Part shown: in pieces, positions 18,424 to 28,329 of the stretch
Position numbering within the stretch: the stretch's first letter is position 1
Layout: every line of letters starts with the position of its first letter
Origin: an uncultured Actinomycetes bacterium
GTDB taxonomy: Bacteria > Actinomycetota > Coriobacteriia > Anaerosomatales > CAVRZR01
DNA: 64,000 bases
Direction of reading: 5' to 3'
Assembly (NCBI GenBank): GCA_963809535.1
Contig: CAWEJW010000001.1
Coordinates: 163,136-227,135, forward strand
Notes under the pieces: model-generated
The model's database searches: none
The model's input: the letters and a program-made list of their open reading frames with translations, nothing else
Told to the model about the DNA's origin: nothing
Made by a program: the position numbers and the translations under genes

Positions 18424-19398
18424 ATGCGTACCAGCTACGCCGTCGGCGTGGATGTTGGTGGCACGCGCATCGCCGCGGGTCTCGTCGAACGTAAGGGACG
18501 CATCATCAAGGAGGCCAAGAGGCCCACCCCCAAGAACGGCCCATTCGCAGTCGTCGACGCCGTCATCGACCTAGCCGAAGAGGTCCAAGCCGGTATCCAG
18601 CCGAGCGAGGTTGCGGGAATCGGCATCGGCCTTCCCGCGCAGATCGACTTCTTGAGGCAATCCGTCGAGTTCTGCACGAACCTCCCGCTGGCCGGCGTCG
18701 ATGTCCGTGCGCTCGTGATGTCGCGCGCGAGACAGGAAGTGACCTTAGACAATGACGGGAACCTTGCCGCCCTCGGCGAGCACCGCTACGGGGTCGGCAA
18801 GGGGACCCGGGACTTCTTCATGATCACGCTCGGGACTGGCGTGGGCGGTGGCATGTTCGTCGATGGCGAGCCCTACAGGGGCTCGCGCGGACTCGCGGGC
18901 GAGATAGGGCACATGGTCGTCGACCTGGACGGTCCGCTCTGCCCATGCGGCGGTGTCGGTCACATCGAGGCGTTCCTCGGGCGGCCGGCCATCGCCGGAA
19001 GCGGGCGTAAGGTCGCCCAGAGGCCCGAGGGCAAGGCGATACTCGACGCTGCGGGCGGTCAGCTCGACCAGATAACCGCCGAGGATGTTGTGCAGGCCGC
19101 CCTTTCGGGCGACGAAGCCGCACTGGCGATCATGCGTGGCGCGGGCGACGTCCTCGGGCGAGCCCTCGTGGGTCTCGTGAACCTCCTGAACCCGCGGCTG
19201 ATCGCCATCGGCGGCGGCATCGGCGAGTCTGCCGGCTTCCTGATAGAGCAGGCAACCGAGGCAATCGATGCCGAGGCCCTCGCCGGGCGTCGCGACGTGA
19301 AGGTCGTCCAGGCCGAACTCGGAAACGACGCAGGCGTCCTGGGCGCCGCGGCGCTCGCTTTTGACGAACACGACTCGAGGGAGGGACTGCACCGATGA
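18424..19398 (+). CDS. ROK-family sugar kinase (glucokinase-like)
   Basis: GVDVGGTRIAAGLV, ROK signature, Zn motif GHMVVDLDGPLCPCGGVGHIEAF. Confidence 0.9.
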   Translation: MRTSYAVGVDVGGTRIAAGLVERKGRIIKEAKRPTPKNGPFAVVDAVIDLAEEVQAGIQPSEVAGIGIGLPAQIDFLRQSVEFCTNLPLAGVDVRALVMSRARQEVTLDNDGNLAALGEHRYGVGKGTRDFFMITLGTGVGGGMFVDGEPYRGSRGLAGEIGHMVVDLDGPLCPCGGVGHIEAFLGRPAIAGSGRKVAQRPEGKAILDAAGGQLDQITAEDVVQAALSGDEAALAIMRGAGDVLGRALVGLVNLLNPRLIAIGGGIGESAGFLIEQATEAIDAEALAGRRDVKVVQAELGNDAGVLGAAALAFDEHDSREGLHR

Positions 19399-20573
19399 GC
19401 GACGCAGCGGCGGACGCTGGACGGAAATCGGACGGCGGGGGTCTTCAGGGAGAGGCCACCGCGAACCGGGCAAAGGTCTACTTCGCTCCCATGCGCAGTA
19501 CGAAGAAGCAGTCGCTAGTGAAGCGATCGGGTGCCTTGCTCGAGCGCGCGGGCCTTGCGGCGGCGGTCTCGGAGAACGACCTCGTTGCGGTCAAGATGCA
19601 CTTCGGAGAAGAGGGCAACACGGGCTTCGTGCAGCCGATCTTCTTGCGCGAGGTCGTCGCGCGCATCCGGTCTCACGGCGGCAAACCCTTCCTTACCGAC
19701 GCCAACACGCTCTATCGCGGTCAGCGCCATAACGCGGTGGACCACCTCGCATGCGCCATTCACAATGGTTTCTCGTTCGCCACGGTCGGTGCACCGCTCA
19801 TCATCGCTGACGGCCTGGATGGGCGCGAAGCTGTTGACGTGCCGCTCGAGGGATCCAAGCACTTCGACTCGGTGCGTTTGGGATCGGCGGCAGTGCACGC
19901 CGACGCGCTTGTCGCCGTCACGCACGTGAAGGGCCACGAGGCAACAGGCTTCGGCGGAGTGCTCAAGAACCTGGGCATGGGGTTGGGCTGCCGAAGCTCG
20001 AAGCAGCGCATGCACGCGGACTTCACTCCGGCGGTGACCGCCGAGAAGTGCACGGCTTGCAGGCGTTGCGTCCAGTGGTGCCCCGTGAACGCAATCGTCA
20101 TCGGCCCCGACCGGGTTGCTGTGGTCGACTACGAGCTCTGCTACGGATGCGGCGAGTGCGTGGCCTCGTGTCCCTACGAGGCCATCGCCACGCAGTGGAA
20201 GACCACCCCGGAAGCCATCCAGGAGAAGATCGTCGAGCACGTTGCCGGGGTGCTTGGGGGGAAGGCCGGCAAAGCCGTCTTCCTCTCGTTCGTCACCAAC
20301 GTATCGCCCGACTGTGACTGCTGGAATTTCTCGGATGCCAGCATCGTGCCCGACATCGGCGTGCTTACCTCCAACGATGTCGTCGCAATCGACCAGGCAG
20401 CCTATGACCTGGTCACGAACGCGATGGGAGCCGAGGGGTCGCTTGGGGAAGGAACAGCTGCGGGACAGGACAAGTTCGGCATGATCACGGGCATAGATGG
20501 CACGGTCGCGATGCGCTACGCCGAGGCGATGCACCTCGGCACGCGCGCGTATGACCTCGTGACAGTGGAATGA
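19395..20573 (+). CDS. DUF362 domain protein with two 4Fe-4S ferredoxin motifs
   Basis: KVYFAPMRS...VAVKMHFGEEGNTGFV (DUF362 N-terminus). CTACRRCVQWCP and CYGCGECVASCP. ATGA overlap with the ROK kinase stop. Confidence 0.8.
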   Translation: MSDAAADAGRKSDGGGLQGEATANRAKVYFAPMRSTKKQSLVKRSGALLERAGLAAAVSENDLVAVKMHFGEEGNTGFVQPIFLREVVARIRSHGGKPFLTDANTLYRGQRHNAVDHLACAIHNGFSFATVGAPLIIADGLDGREAVDVPLEGSKHFDSVRLGSAAVHADALVAVTHVKGHEATGFGGVLKNLGMGLGCRSSKQRMHADFTPAVTAEKCTACRRCVQWCPVNAIVIGPDRVAVVDYELCYGCGECVASCPYEAIATQWKTTPEAIQEKIVEHVAGVLGGKAGKAVFLSFVTNVSPDCDCWNFSDASIVPDIGVLTSNDVVAIDQAAYDLVTNAMGAEGSLGEGTAAGQDKFGMITGIDGTVAMRYAEAMHLGTRAYDLVTVE

Positions 20574-20650
20574 TCGTGCGCACGCGGAGTTCGGCCGACG
20601 CAACGTCCTCCGTGCGCTGCATGTGAGCCGAAGCGACGGGAGGCTCCCCG

Positions 20651-21835
20651 ATGGACTTCGCTGGGATCATCAAGCGCTCATGGCGTATCACCTGGCAGTA
20701 CAAGGTCCTGTGGGTGCTCGGCATCTTCGCGGGCGCATCCGGCGGCTTCGGCGGTTGGGGCACTTCGAGCTACCGAACCTCCAGCCGCGACCTGAGCAAC
20801 TGGGGCACGTTCGACACCGCTTGGTCCCAGGCCTCCGCGTGGACACACGACTGGGCCCCGGTTCTCATCGCCGCGGCCGTCGCCCTGTTCCTCATTGGCA
20901 TGCTGTGGCTGGTGCTGTCATTCGCCGCGCAGGGAGGGCTTGCCTGGGAAGTGGACGTCGTTGAACGGGGTCAGCGGGCTTCGCTCGCCGAGGGATGGAA
21001 CGTCGGGTTCCACAATTGGGGCAGAGTGGTTCTCGCGGGCATCGTGCTAGTGTTGCCCATCCTCCTGGTCGGACTGTTCGTGGCCGGGATCTCCGTTGCG
21101 GCGCTTGTGCCGGCGTACCGCGTTACCTCCCCGGGGCTGACAGGGCTTGGTGCCGCCTCAGTCACGGCGGGCTTGGCCGGCCTCGCCGTGATCGGCGTCG
21201 TCGCCGTTCCGGTCCTCATCGTGCTCGGCTTCGTGCTCGGCAACATGTACCTGCTCTCCGTCCGCTTCATCGCCATCGAAGGACGCACGTCGATGGAGGC
21301 CGTTCGCGCGTCGTGGGAGGTGGTGCGGCATCGATTCAAGGACGTCCTGCTCATGTGGCTCATCACGATCGCACTCTCATTCGCGTTCGCGATCGCGGTC
21401 GCTATACCGCTCGGAATCGCGGCCGTCGGCGTCGCCGTCACAGCAGTAGTCGGAGCCTGGCCAGTGTCGGTCCTGCTGGGGCTCGTGCTCTTCGCGGGCG
21501 GAATCGTCCTCTCGGGGATATGGAGTACGTTCACGTCCGCTATGTGGACGATCTTCTTCCGACGGCTGACGGGTAGAGAGGTCCCGGCCGCGCACGCCGT
21601 CCCGCCGGGCTACGCGACCCCGGCGGTTCAACCCGGCTACTACTACCCGCCCGGCAGCTACCCGTCGCCTCCTCCTCCTGCCGCGCCCGGCGGCTACCCG
21701 ACGGTCGGACCTCCCGCAGCGCCCTGGCCAGGTGCTAAGACGCTTGCGCCAGCTGCACCACCCGCTCCGGCGGCTCAGCCGTCGACTCCTGCTCCGCCTG
21801 CGCCGGGACCGTCGTCCGAGCCTGAGGTGCGGTAA
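20651..21835 (+). CDS. Polytopic membrane protein with Pro-rich C-terminal tail
   Basis: 394 aa with about 6 TMs. C-terminus PPGYATPAVQPGYYYPPGSYPSPPPPAAPGGYP... Confidence 0.6.
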   Translation: MDFAGIIKRSWRITWQYKVLWVLGIFAGASGGFGGWGTSSYRTSSRDLSNWGTFDTAWSQASAWTHDWAPVLIAAAVALFLIGMLWLVLSFAAQGGLAWEVDVVERGQRASLAEGWNVGFHNWGRVVLAGIVLVLPILLVGLFVAGISVAALVPAYRVTSPGLTGLGAASVTAGLAGLAVIGVVAVPVLIVLGFVLGNMYLLSVRFIAIEGRTSMEAVRASWEVVRHRFKDVLLMWLITIALSFAFAIAVAIPLGIAAVGVAVTAVVGAWPVSVLLGLVLFAGGIVLSGIWSTFTSAMWTIFFRRLTGREVPAAHAVPPGYATPAVQPGYYYPPGSYPSPPPPAAPGGYPTVGPPAAPWPGAKTLAPAAPPAPAAQPSTPAPPAPGPSSEPEVR

Positions 21836-21841
21836 CGGACG

Positions 21842-22705
21842 ATGACAGGGCGGCTATGGGTCTGTGCGACCCCCATAGGTAACCTCGGCGACGTGACACT
21901 AAGGGTCCTCGACGCGCTGCGCGAGGCGAACGCGATCATCGCCGAAGACACTCGCATCAGCCGTCGGCTGTTGGCGCGCTACGACATTGTGACGCCGCTC
22001 GAGCGCTACGACGAGCACGTTGCCGACCAGCGCACGCCGGGGTTCATCGCACGCATGAGCGCGGGGCAGACCCTTGCGCTCGTCTCCGACGCTGGAACGC
22101 CGGGCGTGTCCGATCCCGGTGCGCGGCTCGTTGATGCGTGCATCGACGCAGACATCGCCGTGGAAGTACTGCCCGGGCCGAGCGCCATCCTAACGGCGCT
22201 CGTGGCGAGCGGGCTTCCCACGCACGCGTTCTATTTCGGTGGCTTCTTGCCGAGAAGGGCGGGGGAGCGTGCGGCCCTCCTCGCATCCGTTTCATCGCTA
22301 GATGCAACGCTCGTCTTCTACGAGTCGCCACGCCGAGCGGTGCGTACCCTCGGTTCGATCGCCGATGCACTTCCCGGGCGCCGGGTGGCATTGGCGCGCG
22401 AACTCACAAAGGTGCACGAGGAGGTCGTCAGAGGGTCGATCGAGGAGGTCGTTTCGGAGATCTCAGGTCGTCCGGAGCTCAAGGGCGAGATCGTACTGTT
22501 GATCGGTCCGCGCACCGCGGCCGAGAAGGTCGTTGAGATGGACAGCGACGCCGTACGCGAACGAGTGGATCGCTTGAGGGCGCAGGGACTCAGCATGAGG
22601 GACGCGATCAAGCGCGTGTCAGAAGCAACCGGGATAGCTCGCAACCTGGTGTACGAGGCCGCTCACAGACCGAAGGGCGGCGGGAAGCGCGCTACATCAT
22701 CTTGA
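21842..22705 (+). CDS. rsmI: 16S rRNA (cytidine1402-2'-O)-methyltransferase
   Basis: LWVCATPIGNLGDVTLRVLDAL...IIAEDTR...SDAGTPGVSDPG... Confidence 0.9.
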   Translation: MTGRLWVCATPIGNLGDVTLRVLDALREANAIIAEDTRISRRLLARYDIVTPLERYDEHVADQRTPGFIARMSAGQTLALVSDAGTPGVSDPGARLVDACIDADIAVEVLPGPSAILTALVASGLPTHAFYFGGFLPRRAGERAALLASVSSLDATLVFYESPRRAVRTLGSIADALPGRRVALARELTKVHEEVVRGSIEEVVSEISGRPELKGEIVLLIGPRTAAEKVVEMDSDAVRERVDRLRAQGLSMRDAIKRVSEATGIARNLVYEAAHRPKGGGKRATSS

Positions 22706-22934
22706 CGGCCTGCATGCAATCAGCGCAGACCGGGCGTCCCTTGACTTGTGTGATGTCCTTCGGGCTTCCGCAGATGGTGCAGACGTCCTTGTGCTTCTCC
22801 AAGATGATGCGATCGCCCTCGACGTATATGGCCATCGGGTCCTTCACCATAATGCCGAGGGTGCGACGAAGTTCCATCGGTATGACTATTCGGCCCAGAT
22901 CGTCGACACGTCGCACGATTCCCGTGTCATGCAT
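22692..22934 (-). CDS. AbrB/SpoVT-family DNA-binding protein with C-terminal CxxC..CxxC zinc ribbon
   Basis: Real gene is the 3' 80 codons of the 511-aa track ORF: MHDTGIVRRVDDLGRIVIPMELRRTLGI (swapped-hairpin motif) ...VCTICGS..RPVCADCM. GAGGAGGGG RBS. Sits between rsmI and metG, as abrB does in Bacillus. Confidence 0.85.
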   Translation of the reverse strand: MHDTGIVRRVDDLGRIVIPMELRRTLGIMVKDPMAIYVEGDRIILEKHKDVCTICGSPKDITQVKGRPVCADCMQAVKMM

Positions 22935-23066
22935 CACGGCCCCTCCTCTACTGCGACGCACGTCCCATGCCCAAGAGTTTGGATAGAATCTGTTTCGTTG
23001 GGCTTTACATAGCTGAACGCTACCCCCAACGTGCACCATACCCATCCAGACGGAGTCTGCAAACAT

Positions 23067-24638
23067 ATGGCTGGCCATTCCTTCTATATCACGACGCCTA
23101 TCTACTACGTGAACGCCGTGCCGCACCTCGGTACCGCGTACACCACGATCGCCGCCGACGCGCTCGCGCGGTATCGACGGATGATGGGCGACGATGTGTT
23201 CTTCCTCACGGGGCTCGATGAGCACGGTCAGAAGGTCGCTCAGGCCGCCGAGGAACACGGTGTGCCGCCTCAGCAGTGGGTCGACTCCGTGGCACCCGAG
23301 TTTGTGGCGACGTGGAAGATGTTGGACATCAGCAACGACGACTTCATCAGGACGACCGAGCAGCGACACGTCTTGGGGGCGCAGCAGTTCCTGCAAGTCC
23401 TGAAGGACAAGGGCGACCTGTACCAGGGGCACTACGAGGGCTGGTACTGCGTGCCGGACGAGACGTACTGGGCTGAGGATCAGCTCGCGGAGGGCGGCCT
23501 GTGTCCGACGTGCGGCCGCTCGCTGGAGTTCGTTCGAGAAGACAACTGGTTCTTCAGGCTCTCGGCGTATGAGCAGAAACTCCTCGAGCTCTACGACGCG
23601 CACCCCGAGTTTGTGGAGCCACAGACCCGTCGAAACGAGGTCGTCTCCTTCGTGCGTGGTGGGCTCAAGGACCTCTCCATCTCGCGCACAACGTTCACGT
23701 GGGGCATCCCTCTGCCCTTTGACCCTTCGCATGTCATGTACGTCTGGTTCGATGCGCTGCTGAACTACATCACGGCCGTAGGGTACGGCACCGATGGTGC
23801 CGCCGGGTTCAACGGCGAACGCGCGCGCTACTGGCCTGCTCAGTATCACTTCGTGGGCAAGGACATCATTCGGTTCCACTGCGTGATCTGGCCGGCGATG
23901 CTCATGGCTGCGGGACTCGAGCTCCCGGAGCGCGTCTTTGCGCACGGTTTCTTGCTCACAAAAGGCGAGAAGATGAGCAAGAGCAAGGGTAACGTCATGG
24001 CGCCCGCCGACCTGGTCGCCAAGTTCGGGGTCGACGCGTTCCGCTACTATTTCCTGCGCGACGTGCAGTTCGGCACGGACGGCACCATCTCCATGGAAGG
24101 CATGGTCCAGCGGTACAACGGCGATCTCGCCAATGACTGGGGCAACCTGGCATCCCGTCTGTTCAACATGGCAGAGAAGTACCTCGAGGGTCTCGTGCCG
24201 GAGGCGGCAGTGCTCGGCGAAGCACACGACGCCGACCGCGACATGCGACAGATCGCCGCAGCCCTACCGACGTGCTATGCGGATGCCATGGGCCGACTCG
24301 ACTACGCGGGCGCGCTCGAGTGCGCGTGGGATCTGATCAAGTACACGAACCGCTATCTCGAGGCCGAGGCCCCGTGGAACCTCGCCAAGTCCGATGAGAC
24401 GCGTCCTCGTCTGGAGGCCGTTCTGTACAACGCGCTCGAGGCGGTGCGCATCGCGGCGCTCTTCACGGCGCCCGTGATGCCCGTGACGTCTGCTGAGGTC
24501 TGGGATCGGCTTGGGCTCGGCGATGTCCTCGCCGTTTCGGACTTGTCGACGGTCGCCGTATGGGGCGGACTGCCGGCTGGCAACCGGGTGCGCAAGGGCG
24601 AGCCCCTGTTTCCACGCATCTACGACGAAGAGGAGTGA
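23067..24638 (+). CDS. metG: Methionine--tRNA ligase (short form, no C-terminal tRNA-binding domain)
   Basis: PIYYVNAVPHLGTAYT (HIGH), KMSKSKGN, Zn knuckle CVPDE..CPTCG. Start trimmed to ATG 23067. Confidence 0.95.
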   Translation: MAGHSFYITTPIYYVNAVPHLGTAYTTIAADALARYRRMMGDDVFFLTGLDEHGQKVAQAAEEHGVPPQQWVDSVAPEFVATWKMLDISNDDFIRTTEQRHVLGAQQFLQVLKDKGDLYQGHYEGWYCVPDETYWAEDQLAEGGLCPTCGRSLEFVREDNWFFRLSAYEQKLLELYDAHPEFVEPQTRRNEVVSFVRGGLKDLSISRTTFTWGIPLPFDPSHVMYVWFDALLNYITAVGYGTDGAAGFNGERARYWPAQYHFVGKDIIRFHCVIWPAMLMAAGLELPERVFAHGFLLTKGEKMSKSKGNVMAPADLVAKFGVDAFRYYFLRDVQFGTDGTISMEGMVQRYNGDLANDWGNLASRLFNMAEKYLEGLVPEAAVLGEAHDADRDMRQIAAALPTCYADAMGRLDYAGALECAWDLIKYTNRYLEAEAPWNLAKSDETRPRLEAVLYNALEAVRIAALFTAPVMPVTSAEVWDRLGLGDVLAVSDLSTVAVWGGLPAGNRVRKGEPLFPRIYDEEE

Positions 24639-24669
24639 GTGCCGCGACAGCGGGGCTCGTACACGGTCG

Positions 24670-25566
24670 ATGAGCTCGCCGGAGCGTTTTGAGATCGTGC
24701 CCATCGGCGCCACCATCGCCGACACCCACGCCCACCTCGACATGCTCGATGACCCTGGTGGAGCGCTCGCGCGCGCGGCTCTTGCAGGTGTGGCCCTTGT
24801 CATCACCGTGGTCGACCCAACGGAAGACGCCGAGCGCACGTTCGCAGACCTGGACGCCTGGCGCGCTACGGCGGCGGAACTGATTCGCGACAGCGCGAGT
24901 CATCCAGAAATCGCGGCGGACGCGCAGCCCCTCCCTCGGTCGCCCGAGGTCCGGGTCATCATCGGCGCCCATCCTCATAACGCCAAGGACTTCGGCGTCG
25001 AAGCGCGGGAGAAGCTCCGGGGACTGTCGGCCCATCGGCTTGTGGTCGGTATCGGTGAGATCGGATTGGACTATCACTACGACCACTCGCCGCGTGACGT
25101 ACAGCGCGCCGTCTTCGCCGAGCAACTCGAGACTGCGGTCGACCTGCACATGCCGGTCGCCGTCCACTTGCGCGAAGCACACGACGACGGCGAAGCGATC
25201 ATGCGCCACGTGGGCCTGCCAGCCGAGGGCTGCGTCCTGCATTGCTTCACGGGTGACGCGGTCCTGCTTGACCCGTTCTTGGATCTGGGCTGCTATATCT
25301 CGTTCGCGGGACCGGTCACGTTCAAGAGGGCCGACGCCATTCGCGAGGCCGCTACACTGGTCCCGCTCGAGCGCTTGCTTGTGGAAACGGACAGCCCTTT
25401 CATGACCCCCGAGCCATATAGGGGCCGCCCCAACGAACCGGCGCTGACGGTGTTCACCGCTCGGCGCATCGCCGAGGCGCGAGGGCTAGGTGACGTGGAG
25501 CTCGCCCGGGCGACCTGGGACAACTCGGTTCGCCTGTACGCTCGATCAGACGAGCCGTGTGCGTGA
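24670..25566 (+). CDS. TatD-family metal-dependent hydrolase
   Basis: IADTHAHLDML, IGEIGLDYHYD, VHLREAHDD, HCFTG, ETDSPFMTP. Start trimmed to ATG 24670. Confidence 0.9.
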   Translation: MSSPERFEIVPIGATIADTHAHLDMLDDPGGALARAALAGVALVITVVDPTEDAERTFADLDAWRATAAELIRDSASHPEIAADAQPLPRSPEVRVIIGAHPHNAKDFGVEAREKLRGLSAHRLVVGIGEIGLDYHYDHSPRDVQRAVFAEQLETAVDLHMPVAVHLREAHDDGEAIMRHVGLPAEGCVLHCFTGDAVLLDPFLDLGCYISFAGPVTFKRADAIREAATLVPLERLLVETDSPFMTPEPYRGRPNEPALTVFTARRIAEARGLGDVELARATWDNSVRLYARSDEPCA

Positions 25567-25597
25567 GCGGGTCGCGATGGCAGGGGAGGGAGCCGAG

Positions 25598-26218
25598 ATG
25601 GGCGAGGCCGGTCTAGAGAGCGCGATCCCGCGCGTCCTGTGCGTCGCAGGCAGTCCGCGGCGGCATGGCAACAGTGAGCGCCTGCTGGATGCGCTCATCC
25701 GGGGCGTGAACAACTCGGGCGGACTCGCCGAGAAGCTCATCGTTGTGGACTACGGGATCACCCCCTGCAGGGGCTGCAACAGTTGTTCGCGGGACGGCGT
25801 GTGCGTTGTGAGGGACCGAATGCACGAGATCTATCCCCTTATCGATGCCGCGGATGCGATCGTGGTATCGAGCCCGGTGTACTTCGCGACCGTGCCCGCC
25901 GCGCTCAAAGTCCTCTACGATCGTTGCCAACCGTATTGGGCGCGCGTTCACGTTCTCGGGCACCCTCGACCCAGGAGGCGGCCGGGAGGAATGCTCGTCG
26001 TCGGCGGAGGTGGCGACCCATACGGCAACGGCTGCGCGATCACCACGACCAAGAGCGTGCTGGCGGTGCTCGGCGTGCAGTATAAGGTTGAACTACAGGT
26101 GGAGGGTCCGGACGCACCCCGCGACATCGAGGCGCGCCCAGAGTCGCTCGAACAGGCCGAGCTCCTAGGGTGCGAGATTGCGCGGCTTGCGCTGCATTTC
26201 CGCATGTCAGAGGCCTAG
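25598..26218 (+). CDS. NADPH-dependent FMN reductase / iron-sulfur flavoprotein-like
   Basis: VLCVAGSPRRHGNSERL, CRGCNSCSRDGVC, DAIVVSSPVYF. GGGGAGGGAG sits 5 nt before ATG 25598 (alternative 25577). Confidence 0.75.
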   Translation: MGEAGLESAIPRVLCVAGSPRRHGNSERLLDALIRGVNNSGGLAEKLIVVDYGITPCRGCNSCSRDGVCVVRDRMHEIYPLIDAADAIVVSSPVYFATVPAALKVLYDRCQPYWARVHVLGHPRPRRRPGGMLVVGGGGDPYGNGCAITTTKSVLAVLGVQYKVELQVEGPDAPRDIEARPESLEQAELLGCEIARLALHFRMSEA

Positions 26219-26366
26219 CCCCTTTGCGTCGGAGCCAGTGCTGCGGTCGTCCTAGACACGTCCGTGCCGGCCTTGAGTTCGTGGCGACCTGCGCGTTTGC
26301 GCCCCGAATCTCCGTATGCCTACAATCACACTCCGCCGCTTTTTCGGGGCCGACTTGTCTTGACAC

Positions 26367-27401
26367 TTGAGGGGCTACATGGGAGCACGGCCGGTTCGGC
26401 CGGCACGATTCCTCAACACCCAGCAACTATTCGTAGCATTCATCCCAGCACTCATCGTCGTATTGAGCATCACAGGATTCGTGTGGTCACAGAAGAGCGT
26501 CACCGTGATCGTGGACGGTGACCGACGGCAGTTCACCACCCAGGCAACTGACGTGGCGGGTGCGCTGCGCGATGCCGGTGTTGTCGTCGGCGAGCGCGAT
26601 CTTGTCACGCCCTCGGCCGATAACACGCTCGCTAGCGGCGAGACGATAATCGTCCGTCACGCTGTCCAAGTCGTTCTCGATGTCTCCGGCGAGCGTATCG
26701 AACTCGCCGTGGTCGGCGAGACTGTCTCCGACGCTCTGGTCGCGGCCGGCATCGACCCATCCAAGGAACCGGGCGTCAGTCCGTCCCTCACGACGCCGCT
26801 CGTCGAGGGGATGCATATCGTGGCGCCGAAGACCGTCGTGCGCGTGGTCGAGAAGAAGGTCCCGCTCGCCTTCAAGACCATTGAGCGGAACGACCCGAGC
26901 CTGCCCAAAGGCAAGCGCGAAGTCGTGGTCAAGGGCCGGGCCGGGAGTGCAGTCCGCGTCTTTCGCGTCCCGGTCACGGATGGCGTCAGCGGCACGCCCG
27001 TCCTCGTTTCAGAGCGCGTCGTGTCCAAGGCTGTCGATCGCGTCGTCGCCGTGGGCTTCTCATCGGCACGGACGGCTGCACGGCTCAGCACCTCGCACGT
27101 GGTGCGGGGTGCGGGGAGCAAGGGTGTGCGCATGGCCGTGACCGCTACGGGCTATGCTCCCGGGAGCGACGGTGTCGACTGGCGCACGGCCACGGGTGGA
27201 CGTGCAGGACTCGGCGTGATCGCAGTCGATCCACGGGTGATCCCACTCGGCACACGCCTCTTCGTCCCCGGCTACGGCTACGGGATCGCGTCGGACACGG
27301 GTGGCGCCATCAAGGGGGCACGCATCGACCTGTGCTACGAGACGCGGTCGCAGGCGCTCCTGTGGGGGCGGCGCGCCGTGACCGTGATCATCCTCGACTA
27401 G
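26367..27401 (+). CDS. YabE/RpfB-like cell-wall protein (DUF348 x2, G5, 3D domain)
   Basis: N-terminal TM, two VxVxVDG-type DUF348 repeats, G5 (ERNDPSLPKGKREVVVKGRAGS), C-terminal 3D domain (GVIAVDPRVIPLGTRLFVPGYGYGIASDTGGAIKGARIDL). Confidence 0.85.
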   Translation: MRGYMGARPVRPARFLNTQQLFVAFIPALIVVLSITGFVWSQKSVTVIVDGDRRQFTTQATDVAGALRDAGVVVGERDLVTPSADNTLASGETIIVRHAVQVVLDVSGERIELAVVGETVSDALVAAGIDPSKEPGVSPSLTTPLVEGMHIVAPKTVVRVVEKKVPLAFKTIERNDPSLPKGKREVVVKGRAGSAVRVFRVPVTDGVSGTPVLVSERVVSKAVDRVVAVGFSSARTAARLSTSHVVRGAGSKGVRMAVTATGYAPGSDGVDWRTATGGRAGLGVIAVDPRVIPLGTRLFVPGYGYGIASDTGGAIKGARIDLCYETRSQALLWGRRAVTVIILD

Positions 27402-27404
27402 CCA

Positions 27405-28280
27405 ATGTCCTTCTCCGAGCTGGCCACGCCGTCGGCAACGCAGGCGGTTCTCGCAGCGCACGGCTTGGGAACAAAGAAGCGGTTCGGGCAGCACTTCCTC
27501 GTCGACGACAACGTGGTGGGCCGGATCCTGTCGCTCGCTTCACTAGCTGGTGACGAAGTGGTGCTCGAGGTGGGACCCGGCATCGGGACGCTCACCGTCG
27601 CGCTCTGCAAGCATGCGGGCGCCGTCGTCGCGGTCGAACGCGACGCGGACTTGCTCCCGGTCCTTGAGGAGACGACGGCCGCGTGTCCGCGCCTCGCGCT
27701 CATCCACGCAGATGCCCTCGAGGTCGTCGGCGGCGCCTTGGCCGATCGGTTCGGTCCGCCTGAAGCCCTCGTTTCGAACCTCCCGTACTCGGTCGCAGCG
27801 ACCGTCATCCTGCATCTGTTCCAGACGCTCCCCGATCTTGCGACCGCCGTCGTGATGGTTCAGTCCGAGGTGGCCGACAGGATCGCGGCCGTTCCGGGCG
27901 GCAAGGACTATGGCGCATACACTGTGAAGTTGCGTCTCCTTGCCGAAACGGTCGCGCGATTCCAGGTCCCGAGGACGTGCTTCTTGCCGCCCCCGCGCGT
28001 CGACTCGGCTGTCGTGCGTCTCGAGCGTCGGCCGATGTCCGACGACCCGCTCCGGTTGTCTCTGGCCGTGGCGGCGGCCAACGCGGCGTTCGCACACAGA
28101 CGCAAGACCATCCGGAACTCGCTCAAGACCGCGCTTGGCGCTGAACCTGCGGTCCTCGAGAAGGCCTTGGATGAAGCCGGAGTGGACGGGGGTATTCGTG
28201 CCGAGGCCCTTCCGCCGGTCACATTCCTGGAACTTGGACGATCGCTGAATAGTGCCCACTTACTGCGATTTCGGCGTTGA
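27405..28280 (+). CDS. rsmA: 16S rRNA (adenine1518/1519-N6)-dimethyltransferase
   Basis: KKRFGQHFLVDDNVVGRI, VLEVGPGIGTLT, SNLPYSVA. Confidence 0.95.
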   Translation: MSFSELATPSATQAVLAAHGLGTKKRFGQHFLVDDNVVGRILSLASLAGDEVVLEVGPGIGTLTVALCKHAGAVVAVERDADLLPVLEETTAACPRLALIHADALEVVGGALADRFGPPEALVSNLPYSVAATVILHLFQTLPDLATAVVMVQSEVADRIAAVPGGKDYGAYTVKLRLLAETVARFQVPRTCFLPPPRVDSAVVRLERRPMSDDPLRLSLAVAAANAAFAHRRKTIRNSLKTALGAEPAVLEKALDEAGVDGGIRAEALPPVTFLELGRSLNSAHLLRFRR

Positions 28281-28305
28281 GAAGTACGCCTCCCTAGGGT
28301 ATACT
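28277..28305 (+). promoter_or_regulatory. Sigma-70/SigA-type promoter of veg
   Basis: TTGAGA-17 nt-TATACT. AAGGAGG RBS at 28319-28325, ATG at 28330. The -35 overlaps the rsmA stop codon. Confidence 0.55.
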
Positions 28306-28329
28306 GTCCCGATGACATAAGGAGGCTGT

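Noticed and set aside
22935-23066. T-box leader upstream of metG
   Set aside because: The intergenic region is only 132 nt and is shared with the divergent abrB-like promoter. No specifier-loop or T-box (AAxxGGGTGGTACCGCG-like) sequence is seen.
22692-24227. 511-aa minus-strand ORF overlapping metG
   Set aside because: Only the last 80 codons (22692-22934) look like a real gene (AbrB fold, strong RBS). The rest is antisense to a textbook metG and is Arg/His/Val-rich nonsense typical of high-GC antisense frames.
26219-26366. c-di-AMP (ydaO-type) riboswitch upstream of the yabE/rpf-like gene
   Set aside because: Such riboswitches are known upstream of rpf/cell-wall genes in Actinobacteria. 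I could not find the paired ACGGGG..GAAUC / CCCG..GGGGA core elements in this 148-nt leader.
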